This document shows, in pieces, positions 10,596-20,448 of a stretch of DNA of 64,000 nt. Both the position numbers and the translations under genes were made by a program. The notes beneath the pieces are model-generated. The model worked only from the letters and a program-made list of their open reading frames with translations, was not told where the DNA came from and ran no database searches. This stretch comes from Cyanobium sp. CZS25K. Its GTDB lineage: Bacteria > Cyanobacteriota > Cyanobacteriia > PCC-6307 > Cyanobiaceae. Position 1 is the stretch's first letter. Every line of letters begins with the position of its first letter. The DNA lies in assembly GCA_030373325.1 (NCBI GenBank), contig JAUCZB010000003.1:60661-124660 (forward strand), given 5' to 3'.

Positions 10596-11612
10596 ATGAC
10601 GGCATCCCTGACGGCGGCCCGTCAACGGATCGCCTTGCTGCACCTGGGGCGGATCCACGACGAGACGCCGGCCCTGCGGGCGGTTCTCGCCCAGCGGGGC
10701 ATCGCCAGCGAGCTGGTGCCGCTGCCCTCGCCGGCCGGCGGCGGGGTGGCGGGCGGTGGCGCCATCGATGGGAGTCGCTTCGACTGGGGCCGCTTCGATT
10801 GGGGCCGCTTTGATCGGGTGAGTGTGCGCGACTGCCGCGACAGCCATCGCCACGGTGACTTCCTGCCCCGGATCAGGGCCCTGGCGCAGCACCTCGAGGC
10901 CCTCGGGGTGCCGCTGGCCAATCCGCTGCCGGTGGTGGTGGCGGGCCATGCCAAGAGTGACTACCTTCCCCAGCTCGAGCGGGAGGGGGTGGCCCTGATC
11001 CCCAGCCGCTGGCTGCCCCGCGGCTGGCGGGGTTCCCTGGAGGGGCTCCTGGAGGCGTGCGGCTGGAGCGAGGCGGTGCTCAAGCCGGCGATCGGTGCGA
11101 AGAGTTGGCACACCTACCGGGTGGGTCGCGATGGTGCGCGCCTGGCGATCACCGCGGCCGACGGCACCACCCCCGGGGACGGGGACGACGCCGATGGCTG
11201 GCTGGCACGCCTCACGCAGGAGGGGGAGGTGTGCGTTCAGCGGTTCCTGCCCGCGATCTGCCGGGCGGGGGAATTCAGCGCGGTGTTTCTCGGCGGGCGG
11301 TTCTCCCATGCCGTGGAGAAGACCGTGGCGGCAGGGGGCTGGATCGCCCACGAACGCTTCGGAGGGAGCAACAGGGCCCGCCAGGCCAGTGCGGAGGAAC
11401 GGCGCTGGGCCGCCGCCGTGGAGGAGCGCCTGCGGAGGCGCTTCGGGGTACTGCCCTATGCCCGGATCGACGGGATCCGTGACGAGGGGGGCGCGCTGCT
11501 GCTGCTGGAGTGCGAGCTGGTGATTCCGCGGCTGTTCCTCAGCGAAGGCCAGGCCTTCGGCCGCTATGTCGACGTCCTGGTGGGACCCACCAGCACCCGC
11601 ATGGCCTGGTAG
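10596..11612 (+). CDS. ATP-grasp ligase (DcsG/glutathione-synthetase-like family)
   Basis: 'ANP', 'VLKPAIG', 'VQRFLP', 'GEFSAVFLGGRFSHAVEK', 'YARIDG', 'LLECEL..PRLFL'. Confidence 0.8.
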   Translation: MTASLTAARQRIALLHLGRIHDETPALRAVLAQRGIASELVPLPSPAGGGVAGGGAIDGSRFDWGRFDWGRFDRVSVRDCRDSHRHGDFLPRIRALAQHLEALGVPLANPLPVVVAGHAKSDYLPQLEREGVALIPSRWLPRGWRGSLEGLLEACGWSEAVLKPAIGAKSWHTYRVGRDGARLAITAADGTTPGDGDDADGWLARLTQEGEVCVQRFLPAICRAGEFSAVFLGGRFSHAVEKTVAAGGWIAHERFGGSNRARQASAEERRWAAAVEERLRRRFGVLPYARIDGIRDEGGALLLLECELVIPRLFLSEGQAFGRYVDVLVGPTSTRMAW

Positions 11613-12274
11613 CCATCGAGGGTGGGCGGTTCGCTTTCGGCCAGCTCTTCGGAGCGCAGGGCCACGGCCACGGTGGCGACCCAGGGGCGCGTGCCGGGGT
11701 CGGCGGGGAACACCAGCACCACCGTGCCGGCGGAGGGGGTGGTGGCGGGATCTTCCGCCACGATCTCCAGGGCCACCCGGGTGCGGCGGCACTGCAGGGC
11801 ACGGGCCTCCAGCAGGGCCACGAACTCGTAGGTGTCCCAGCGGGCCTCGGTGCCCTGGCAGGGGAAGCGTTCGCTGAGGTCGGCGGCGCCGAGCTCCTCG
11901 ATGGCGCTGCTCCGACGCCCATCCCAGACCAGAAGCAGGTTGGCGTCATGGTCTAAGGCGTTGTGCTCCACGCGGTCGCGATCAAGCACGAGCCGCCGCT
12001 CCAGGCCCTGCTTCTCTGCGGGCATCGAGAGGCACACCTTGAGGGCCTGGGCCACCTCACAACTGCGTCCCTCGCAGAAGCCCCGATGGGCGGTGAGGAT
12101 GTCGTCGGCAGCGGCCACGATCTCCAGGGCCGGCAGGCTCTGGCTCAGCTTCTGCTTCATGGCGTTGAACAGAATGCCCCCATCTCCAAAGGGGCCGCGG
12201 TCGGGATCGGTGGCAGCGAGCATCTGATCGATGGCGGAGCGCACCAGCTCCCGCCTCCAGGTCAGATACGTCAT
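11564..12274 (-). CDS. Hypothetical protein (236 aa)
   Basis: ATG start with AGGAG upstream and an AT-rich promoter region; no recognisable domain. Confidence 0.6.
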   Translation of the reverse strand: MTYLTWRRELVRSAIDQMLAATDPDRGPFGDGGILFNAMKQKLSQSLPALEIVAAADDILTAHRGFCEGRSCEVAQALKVCLSMPAEKQGLERRLVLDRDRVEHNALDHDANLLLVWDGRRSSAIEELGAADLSERFPCQGTEARWDTYEFVALLEARALQCRRTRVALEIVAEDPATTPSAGTVVLVFPADPGTRPWVATVAVALRSEELAESEPPTLDGYQAMRVLVGPTRTST

Positions 12275-12396
12275 GGGGATTCACTCCTGGTGCAATTTTT
12301 TTCAGTGTGTCCCCCAGGGGCAAAAAGACGCCACGGGCCGTTACATTTCCCGTTTTTTGTATCGAATTTGACAGAATTAGGTGTTGAATTCCCGAT

Positions 12397-13113
12397 TCAG
12401 CGGCTGCCGGTTCGACGCCGCAGCAGGAGCATCGGCGTCTCGCCGGTGAAGCCCTCGTCGTAGGTGGTGGGCTCGAGCTGCCCTTGCCAGTCGGGCGGCA
12501 GGGAGGCCAGCAGGGGCTCCACCCAGGGATGCACGCGGGGATTCCGTTCGATCGTGTGGGCCGGGTAGATCCGCACCTCCCGACGGGTCACCCGCAGCAG
12601 TTCGGCCAAGGCGCGACGGTGCCAGGGGAGGTCGAAGTCGGGCTGGTCGCTGAGACCGCCGTCGGCAATCGGTGAATAGCAGAAGAGCAGGTGACCGCTG
12701 ATGGTCAGGTCGAAGCTCTCCGCCTCGAAGGGAAGGCAGGGCAGAGCCGCGGCTCGGTAGGCCTGCGGATGCCGCCGCCGGTCGGCCAGGAAGGTTTCCA
12801 GGGCCTTCAGCTTGCCCTGGCGAAAGGCCGACAGGTCGAAGTCCGGCCGCAGCGCCGGGCTCACGGCCAGCCTCTCCATGGTGAAGGCGATGTCGTCGCG
12901 GCAGCGGCGCTCCAGATCGGGCAGGGGAAGGCTGTAGAGCGGATCGGTCGCCACGCTCTCCACCCCGGCGGTGCGGGCCAGGGCGGTGAATGAACCGGGC
13001 CCGCCGGGGCAGTCGAGCACCCTGCCGCCGCGCCAGGTCTCCAGGTCGAGGTTGAAGAACGCGAGCGCTTCGCTTCCGGTGCGGCCGAAGAACACCACCC
13101 TTGGCAGGTCCAT
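12397..13113 (-). CDS. Class I SAM-dependent methyltransferase-like protein
   Basis: 'VLDCPGGPGSF', 'DPLY', 'LPFEAESFDLTISGHLLF', 'ELLRVTRREVRIYP'. Confidence 0.8.
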   Translation of the reverse strand: MDLPRVVFFGRTGSEALAFFNLDLETWRGGRVLDCPGGPGSFTALARTAGVESVATDPLYSLPLPDLERRCRDDIAFTMERLAVSPALRPDFDLSAFRQGKLKALETFLADRRRHPQAYRAAALPCLPFEAESFDLTISGHLLFCYSPIADGGLSDQPDFDLPWHRRALAELLRVTRREVRIYPAHTIERNPRVHPWVEPLLASLPPDWQGQLEPTTYDEGFTGETPMLLLRRRTGSR

Positions 13114-13191
13114 GTGGTGCCACGCTGAGCCCGAAACGCTAGCCGGGAGCCAGGGCACGACACACGAAAGCGGATCCTGACCGTCTGCCGC

Positions 13192-14019
13192 TCAAGGTGC
13201 CGGGAGGCGGCGCAGGCTGAGGGCGATCGCGCCGTCGGCGCGGCGCAGCTCCAGGGTCTCTGCCTCGAATCGCAGGCTGACGGCCGTGGGGAGGGCCGCC
13301 AGGAACTGCTGCTCCTGCTCCATCACCCCGGGGCCCGCACATCGTTTCCGGGTCGCCACCGGGGTGCCGATGCTCAGGCGGCTTCCCTCCAGCCGCACCG
13401 GCGCCGTGAAGCGGTTGCAGCCGGCCGAGCCGGCCAGCTGGCCGCCGTTGAGGAAGCGCAGCGACAGGGCGGTACCCAGGATCGGGCTCACCAGCGCCTG
13501 GCGGCCGTTGTTGAACCCCGCCACCCGCCACTCGCGCCCCACCAGCTGCTGCGACTGGGGGACCAGCACCAGCAGCGGCCGGCCGTCGGTCGCCAGCAGC
13601 CGCAGGCGCTCGCCGCCGACCCGAAAACCCCGGCTGTTCCTGAGCGCCATCTGGAAGATTTCCGCCTGCCGCATCACGGCCGGTGGGCAGGCCATCTTCG
13701 TGCTCAGGCCCCGGGGTGACACCTGCAGGTTGCTCCCCCGCAGCGTCACCGGAGCGCCGTAGCGGTTGCAGCCATCGCTGCCAGCCACCCGACCGTTCTC
13801 GAAGCGCAGCGTGAGGCTGGTGCCGCCCAGGGGAGGGCGATCCCCCAGCCGCTCCACCACCCAGGCGGTGTTCTCGAGGCGGGAGGGCGGAGCCGCCACC
13901 GTGAGGGCTGGACTGGGGGCCGGGCTGAGGGCCGAGGCGTTCGCCGCCGTCGGCAGGGCCGCCAGCAGGGAGACCAGGGCCAGGGTGCCCATGGCCCGGC
14001 GCTGTGGTTTCGTTTCCAT
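13192..14019 (-). CDS. Secreted protein with two META (HslJ) domains
   Basis: Signal peptide ending ANA; two 'GS.GCNR(Y/F)' units followed by 'ST/AT.(M/K).C...MxQ'. Confidence 0.88.
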   Translation of the reverse strand: METKPQRRAMGTLALVSLLAALPTAANASALSPAPSPALTVAAPPSRLENTAWVVERLGDRPPLGGTSLTLRFENGRVAGSDGCNRYGAPVTLRGSNLQVSPRGLSTKMACPPAVMRQAEIFQMALRNSRGFRVGGERLRLLATDGRPLLVLVPQSQQLVGREWRVAGFNNGRQALVSPILGTALSLRFLNGGQLAGSAGCNRFTAPVRLEGSRLSIGTPVATRKRCAGPGVMEQEQQFLAALPTAVSLRFEAETLELRRADGAIALSLRRLPAP

Positions 14020-14035
14020 GGTGATCAAGGGTGAC

Positions 14036-14185
14036 TCAGGATCCCAGACGGGCGGCGAGCCAGGTGCCGATGCCGCCGGTGGAGGGGTGGGGCACCACGT
14101 CCCGGTCGACCCACCAGAAGGCCAGGGCCAGGGCGTTCAGGCCGAGCACCAGGGCATAGATCCGCCAACCTTGCGGCAGTTTCAT
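14036..14185 (-). CDS. Small single-TM membrane protein (49 aa), below the ORF-track cutoff
   Basis: Manual translation MKLPQGWRIYALVLGLNALALAFWWVDRDVVPHPSTGGIGTWLAARLGS*; host-like GC3; fills the gap between co-oriented genes. Confidence 0.6.
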   Translation of the reverse strand: MKLPQGWRIYALVLGLNALALAFWWVDRDVVPHPSTGGIGTWLAARLGS

Positions 14186-14240
14186 GGCGTCGGCGTCCGT
14201 TGGCGGCGACGATAGATCTGCCCGCGCCGGCCTTGTCGCC

Positions 14241-15287
14241 TCAGGCGTCGGGCCGGCGGGGAAGCACCTGGCCGGCGGCGTCGGTGAGGGAGCGGGGCAG
14301 GCGCTGCGGGTCGATTCGGCGCAGGGTCTGGAGATCGAAGCTCGTGTCCACCAGGCGGGGGGGGCTGCCGACCAGATCCAGCACCGTGAGGGTCTGGAAG
14401 GGGGGGGCGTTGCGGCCCAGCAGGCGGCGGGGACCGCTGCCCATGGCCCCGAGATGGAACAGGTCCAGCTGCCCCAGCCGTGCGGGGAAGTAGGCGTGCT
14501 GATGGCCGCTCACGTAGGCCTCCACCCCATGGCGTTCCAGCAGCTGCCGCACGGCCGCTGCCTGGGCCAGCACCTCCCCCGGGCGGTCGCGGCCCTGGCT
14601 CACGGCCCGCAGCGGCAGGTGGCCCACCACCAGGCGCCGGCTGGCGCTGCGGGCGGCGGGGCTCGCCAGGATCCGCTCGGCCCAGCGCAGCTGCTCCCCC
14701 GGGACCGTCGCGGTGGAGGCGTCCCACACCAGCACGAACACGTCGTTCTGGCGGATGGCGTAGTGGAAGGGAAAGTCGCCGCTGTCGACGAACGTGAGCC
14801 CGAGGGTGTCGCGGCGGGGGCGCCAGAAGCGGGCCGCCTCGCGGCGGTCGTCGCCGAAGAGGAAGCGGCCACCGGAACGGGCACCGGAGGCGTCATGGTT
14901 GCCCATCGCCGGGGCGAACGGCAGGCCGGCGCGCCGCAGTGGGCTGAGCACGCTGCGATCAAAGCCCGCCCACATGGCGGCCAGCCGCTCGCGGCCCAGG
15001 CCCGCCTTCTGGCCCGCCACCATGTCGCCGGCGCAGATCACCAGATCGGGCCGCAGCGGCGGGATCAGGGCCACGCCGCGGTGCACCTCGGCGATGTAGG
15101 TGGTGGAGCCAAAGGAGGCGTTGAGATCGCTGATCAGCACCAGGCGGGTGCCGCTGCGGGGCGGGGCCACCAGGCCCGAGGACGGGGCCGCCAGGGATCG
15201 GGCCGGCTTCCACGCCTGCCAGAGGCCGGCCCCCACCGCCAGGCCGGAGAGCGAGAGCAGCTGGCGTCGGCCGAGGGTCGGCGGCAT
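14241..15287 (-). CDS. Calcineurin-like metallophosphoesterase with Tat-like signal
   Basis: 'GRRQLL' twin-arginine signal; motifs SDLN, AGDMV, GNHD, GH, SGHQH. Confidence 0.88.
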   Translation of the reverse strand: MPPTLGRRQLLSLSGLAVGAGLWQAWKPARSLAAPSSGLVAPPRSGTRLVLISDLNASFGSTTYIAEVHRGVALIPPLRPDLVICAGDMVAGQKAGLGRERLAAMWAGFDRSVLSPLRRAGLPFAPAMGNHDASGARSGGRFLFGDDRREAARFWRPRRDTLGLTFVDSGDFPFHYAIRQNDVFVLVWDASTATVPGEQLRWAERILASPAARSASRRLVVGHLPLRAVSQGRDRPGEVLAQAAAVRQLLERHGVEAYVSGHQHAYFPARLGQLDLFHLGAMGSGPRRLLGRNAPPFQTLTVLDLVGSPPRLVDTSFDLQTLRRIDPQRLPRSLTDAAGQVLPRRPDA

Positions 15288-15430
15288 GGCGGAAACGCGG
15301 CGAAACCGGGCACCAGGATGGAAGCTCAGGATTCCACGCGCCGGAAGCCGTAGCCCAGGTACGCGAATCCGCTCACCCGGCCGCGACCTGCGAAGTGGGG
15401 GCCACCAACCTCACTCTGGGTCCGGCAACC

Positions 15431-16237
15431 TCAGCCGCCTTGCCGTGCCGGCACCGTGCCGCGGATGGCATTGGCCCGGCCCGTGAGGGTGACCGGTTTC
15501 TCCCCCTGCACCTGCCAGTGGCTGCGCAGCCGTTCCTGCAACTGCTGCCGTTCGTCCTCCGTCAGGGTCGCGAGGATCTGCCCGGCGCTCGGTCCCCCCA
15601 GCAGGATGCTCCAGAGCTCGCCAAAGCTGGCGAAGCTGCGTTGCGCCGCAATCTGCCGCGTCTCGATCCGCTCCAGTCCGCAGCCAGCCCACAGCTCCTG
15701 CAGCACCTCCTGGCGGGAGGCTTCAAGGCTTGGCGGCATCGGCAGGCTGTGGCCCATCTCCTCCAGGGCGGAGCGCACCGCCTGGTAGGGGAACCCTCCG
15801 TTGGCCATGTCCCAGGCGTAGGCGGCCACCGTTCCTGTGGCGGCCACCACCCGGGCCATTTCCGCCACACCGCGGGCGGGGTCGGGCACGAAGAAGATCA
15901 CCAGGGGCATGACGGCGACCTCAAAGCCGTCGGCCTCCCAGGGCAGGGCCATCGCATCCCCCAGCTGGAAGGAGGCGGCCCCCAGCGCCGGGTGCCGCCG
16001 GGCGAAGCTGAGCTGGGCTTCGGAGGGATCCACGCCCGCCAGGGCCCGCGGGGCGCAGCGCTCCGCCACCAGCTGGGTGAAGGCACCGTTGCCGCAGCCC
16101 ACATCGAGCCAGCGTTGGTCCGGGGCGGGCGTGAGCCAGTCGAGGAAGGCGCGCCCCACCTGCCGACTCCACACCCCCATGAAGCGGTCGTAGGCCGCCC
16201 CATCGGAGAAGCGGATCGCCTCACCCGTGCTGGTCAT
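15431..16237 (-). CDS. Class I SAM-dependent methyltransferase
   Basis: 'YDRFMGVWS', 'WLDVGCGNG', 'GDAMALP'. Confidence 0.9.
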   Translation of the reverse strand: MTSTGEAIRFSDGAAYDRFMGVWSRQVGRAFLDWLTPAPDQRWLDVGCGNGAFTQLVAERCAPRALAGVDPSEAQLSFARRHPALGAASFQLGDAMALPWEADGFEVAVMPLVIFFVPDPARGVAEMARVVAATGTVAAYAWDMANGGFPYQAVRSALEEMGHSLPMPPSLEASRQEVLQELWAGCGLERIETRQIAAQRSFASFGELWSILLGGPSAGQILATLTEDERQQLQERLRSHWQVQGEKPVTLTGRANAIRGTVPARQGG

Positions 16238-17964
16238 TCCATGGCGGTCTGTGGAGCGGGCAGCATGGCAGGGCGGTGGCCCCCACCAGACCGCCGGACA
16301 CCGCGATCGCCAGCGGCGGCCAGAAGCCGGTGGGATCCAGCATCAGGGGCAGGAAACCGGTCACGGTGGTGAGCGTGGTGGCGATCACGTGGCGGGTGGC
16401 ATGAAGCACCACGGCGGTGGTGGCGGCAGGGTCGCCGACGGCGGCGAGCGGATCGGTGCGGATGGCGTTCAGCACCACGATCGAATCGTTGATCGCCAGC
16501 CCGATCAGCCCGAGCGTGCCCAGGATGGCGGTGAAGCCGAACACCGATCCGCTGAGCTTGAGGGCCAGGGCCGCCAGCCCCACCGACAGCAGCGCCACCG
16601 AGGCGATCAGGACGGCCATCCGGAAGGAGCGGAAGGACAGGACCAGGGTGGCGGTCATCAGGATCGGCACCAGCAGATAGCCCACCGACTGCCGCACCGC
16701 CTCGCCGGTTGCGGCGCCGGTCCGCAGCCGCTGCTGCACCTCGTCGACCACGACGATGGCGTTGTCGATCAGCAGCCCCAGGGCGATCACCAGACCGGTG
16801 GCCGACATCTGGTGCAGGGGAATCGCCAGCACCCGCATCCAGCCGAACACCATCAGGGCCCAAAAGGGGCAGGGCCGCACCCACCACCAGCGCCGCCCGG
16901 CCACCGAGCATCAGCACCGACACGGCCAGCACCAGCAGCGAGCCGGTGATCAGGTTGCCGATCACACCATCGAGGCGTTCCTGGACGTAGCGGCTCTGAT
17001 CCAGCACCGTGCGCAGCCCCACGCCCTCGTGCAGGGTGGCGCGCACCTCGGCCAGCAGCAGCCGGGCGGCTTGCGCCCAACGGTCGACCCGCTCGCCGGA
17101 GGCCACCGTGGCCGACACCACCACGGCCGGATGGCCGTGCACCAGCGCCATGCGGCTGGCGGGGCTGCGCACGCCCCGGCTCACCTCGGTCACCTGTCCG
17201 AGGCGGGCGCTGGCACCGTCGGCACCGGTCTGCAGGGGGATGGCGCGGAGGCGCTCCAGCGAATCCAGGGCGCCGTCCACCTGGAGCAGCAGCGCGCTGC
17301 GGGCGCCCCGCACCTGCCTGGCCGCCTCTTTGGCGTCGCTGGCGGCGATGCGCTCCGAGAGGCCCTGGGCCGTCAGCCCGAGCCTGGCCAGCTCCCGGGC
17401 GCCGATCGCCACCCGGATCTCCTCTTCGGGCTCGCCGCTGAGCTCCACCTTGTCGGTGCCGGGGAGCGCGCGCAGGCGGGTGTCCAGGTCTGACGCCAAC
17501 CGGGTCAGGATCGCCAGGTTGGGGGCACCGGGCAGCTCCCAGGTGAGGCCCACGATCAGGGCGCTGGCGCCGATGCTGCCGTCGCGGAACTCCGGTTTGG
17601 AGGCCTCCGGCGGCAGCAGGGGAGTGGCATCGTCGAGCTTGCTGCGCACCTTGCTCCACACCGGCGTCACCTGGCGGATCGAATCCTTCAGGGCCACGGC
17701 GATCACCGAGGTGCCGGACGAGGAGGTGGAGTCGAGATGGTCCACCTCCTCCAGCTCCAGCAGGGCCTTCTCGAGCGGTTCGGTGAGCAGCGACTCGACC
17801 CGCTCCGGGGTGGCCCCCGGCAGGGCGGTGATCACCAGGGCATGGCGCTGGGTGATCAGGGGATCCTCCAGCCGCGGCAGGGTGAGCAGCGACGACAAGC
17901 CCCAGACCACCACCAGCAGCAGGGTGAGCAGCAGCAGGCGGTTGCGGTGAAAGAGGTCGAGCAT
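16221..17964 (-). pseudogene. AcrB-type RND permease, frameshifted and internally deleted
   Basis: N-terminal 'LPRLEDP...TEPLE'; frameshift near 16865; 'LLIDNAIVV' is joined almost directly to the C-terminal 'AINDSIVV' region; about 580 codons against ~1030 expected. Confidence 0.85.
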
Positions 17965-19018
17965 CAGTTCGCGGCCTGCACCCGCTGGCCCGGCACCACC
18001 CGATGGGTGCCCGCGGCGATCACCTGTTCACCTGGGCGCAGGGTGCCGCGCACCAGGGAGCGGTCGCCTTCGCTGTGCAAAAGCTCCACCAGGCGCCGGG
18101 CCACCTGCCGCCCCTGATCCTGAGGGCCGCTGGTGCCGGGCGGTGCCAGCACGTACACCGACCAGAGGCCCCGCTCCGCCGCCACCAGGGCGTCGGTGGG
18201 CAGCCAGAAGCCCTCGCCCCGCTCGCGGCGCTGCAGGGACAGGCGGGCCGTCGCCCCCACGGGCAGATCCGCCGCCGGCAAGCGCAGCACCACCGTGGCC
18301 CTGCGGCTGGCGGCATCGAGCTCCGGCAGGAGGGCGCTGATGGTGCCGGGCAGCTGGCGATCTCCCACGGTCACCGGATGGCGTTCGCCGGGGCTCAGGC
18401 CCGCCACCACCGACGGCGGCACCCCCACCCGCACCTCGCGGGGGCGGCTTCCACCAGGGTGAGCACCGCCTGGCCGCCGCTCACCACCACCCCCTCATCG
18501 AGCTGGCGCCGGCTCACCGTGGCGGCGAACGGGGCCATGAGCACGCTGCGGCCCAGGTCGACGTCGGTCTGGCGCAGGCGGGCGCTGAGATCGTCGACCT
18601 GACCGTCCGCCTGGGCGAGGCGGCTGGCCAGCGCCCCGGCGCCATAGATCTGCTGGTCGAGATCCTCGCGGGAGATCGCCCCCTGGGCATGGAGCCGGCG
18701 GCGGCGTTCACGCTGCAGCTCCGCCAGGGTGAGCTGCTGACGCACCTCCGCCACGGCGGCCCGGGCGACCCGCTGCTGGGCCAGCAACTGCTGACGCCGG
18801 GCCCGCATCCGGCGGCTGTCGAGGCGCGCCAGGGGCTGGCCCGCCACCACACGGTCGCCCTCCTCCACCAGCACCTGGGCGAGGCTGCCGCCGAGCTCGA
18901 AGCCCAGGCTGCTGCTGCGGCCGGCCACCACCTCACCGGTGTAGTCCCGGCTGGTGACGTACTGGCTCACCGGCTGGGCCGTGACCACGGCGACGGGCAG
19001 GGCCCGGGCCACGCCCAT
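17964..19018 (-). pseudogene. RND periplasmic adaptor (membrane fusion protein), 5'-truncated and frameshifted
   Basis: 'LGFELGG...VEEGDRV..GQPLARLD' and 'APF...GVVV..GQ' lie in one frame, the beta-barrel part 'RVGVP...' in another (shift near 18440); no signal/TM segment. Confidence 0.8.
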
Positions 19019-19556
19019 GGCCCTGGCCCACACGATCCTCACGGTGCTGAGCGAGAAGCCCGCCAGCGGCTACGACATCAGCAAGCAGTTCGAGGAAACC
19101 GTGGCCTGCTACTGGAAGGCCAGCCAGCAGCAGATCTACCGGGAGCTGGCCAGGATGGAGCAGGACGGCTGGGTGCACGGCGAGGTGGTGCCGCAGCTGG
19201 GGAAGCCCGATCGCAAGGTGTATGCCATCACCGACGCGGGTCGGCAGGAGCTGGTGCGCTGGTCAGTGGAGCCCTCGGCGCCCACCCCGATCCGGGAGGA
19301 TCTGCTGGTGAAGGTGCTGGGTGGCCCCTACGGGTCGCCAGCGCCGCTGCTGGAGGAGGTGCGGCGCCGCCGTGCCATCCACGGCCGGCAGCTGGCCTCC
19401 TACCAGGAGAAGGAAGCCCAGATGCAGGCTCTCGAGGCGCTGCCGCTGCAGGAGCAGTACCGCTATCTCACCCTGCGTCGCGGCCTCCTCTTCGAACAGG
19501 AATGGATCCGCTGGTGCGAGGAGGTGATCGCCTTTCTGGAGGCGCAGATCCCCTGA
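19017..19556 (+). CDS. PadR-family transcriptional regulator (AphA-like C-terminus)
   Basis: 'SGYDI.K.F', 'WKASQQQIYREL', 'PDRKVYAIT..G'. Confidence 0.92.
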   Translation: MALAHTILTVLSEKPASGYDISKQFEETVACYWKASQQQIYRELARMEQDGWVHGEVVPQLGKPDRKVYAITDAGRQELVRWSVEPSAPTPIREDLLVKVLGGPYGSPAPLLEEVRRRRAIHGRQLASYQEKEAQMQALEALPLQEQYRYLTLRRGLLFEQEWIRWCEEVIAFLEAQIP

Positions 19557-19619
19557 CCGCTCGCCTGCGGGCATCGGGCCCCGGGAGGCGGTACAACGCA
19601 GCTGCCCCTGGCTGGTTCG

Positions 19620-20426
19620 ATGGCCCCCGCAAGCCCCCGCTGGCTACCGGTGCTGCTGCTCACCCTGCTGGGCGCCCCGGCTGGCGCGGCACCGATCGAC
19701 GGGCCGCCGCTGAGCGAGCCGCTGATCCCCGATTCGGCCAGTGGGGCGGGGGCTGAAACGGAGCCCTTCCCTGCGGCCCTGCTGCCGCCGGCCCCGCTCA
19801 TCCCCTCCCCCGCCCCAACGCCCACGCCCACGCCTACGCCCACCCCCATGCCCTCACCGGCGCCCGTGTCGGCGCCCGCCAGGCCTGAGCGGCCCTCGCT
19901 GGTTCCCGGCGTCGTGGCCGTGGGGGATCTCGCCCTCCAGACGCCACCGCCCGGGCCCGGCGAGGTCGGGCTGAGCCTTCCAGTGCCACTCCACTACCCC
20001 ATGGCCGTTGGGGCCTCTGAGCAGGATCCCTGGGGCTGGCGGTATTCGACGGCGCGGGGCGTCTGGCGGATGCACACCGGGCTGGATCTGATCGCGGACG
20101 AGGGGACTGCGGTGCTGGCGGTGCTGGCCGGCCGGGTGCAGCGGGTGGCCGTGATCGATGGCTACGGCCTCACGGTGCTGATCGACCATGGCGCCGGCTG
20201 GTCGAGTCTCTACGCCCACCTGCTGAGGGCCTCGGTGGAGCCGGGCGAGAGCGTCGGCGCCGGCCAACCCCTGGGCCAGGTGGGCCAGAGCGGTAACGCC
20301 AGCACCCCCCATCTGCACCTGGAACTGCGCCAACGGCAACCGCAGGGCCTGGTGGCGGTGGATCCCACCCCGCTGCTGCCCATGCCTCCCGCTGGGGCGG
20401 CCCTCGCTGGCGATCTCCGCCCCTGA
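19620..20426 (+). CDS. M23-family peptidase with signal peptide and Pro/Thr linker
   Basis: HTGLD, YAHL and 'TPHLHLE' Zn motifs. Confidence 0.88.
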   Translation: MAPASPRWLPVLLLTLLGAPAGAAPIDGPPLSEPLIPDSASGAGAETEPFPAALLPPAPLIPSPAPTPTPTPTPTPMPSPAPVSAPARPERPSLVPGVVAVGDLALQTPPPGPGEVGLSLPVPLHYPMAVGASEQDPWGWRYSTARGVWRMHTGLDLIADEGTAVLAVLAGRVQRVAVIDGYGLTVLIDHGAGWSSLYAHLLRASVEPGESVGAGQPLGQVGQSGNASTPHLHLELRQRQPQGLVAVDPTPLLPMPPAGAALAGDLRP

Positions 20427-20448
20427 GCCCGGCCGGCGGAGACCTGGC

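Noticed and set aside
10181-11612. Graspetide (microviridin-like) RiPP cluster
   Set aside because: The 132-aa partner has no leader or repeated core motif, the enzyme looks DcsG-like, and no transporter or peptidase is adjacent
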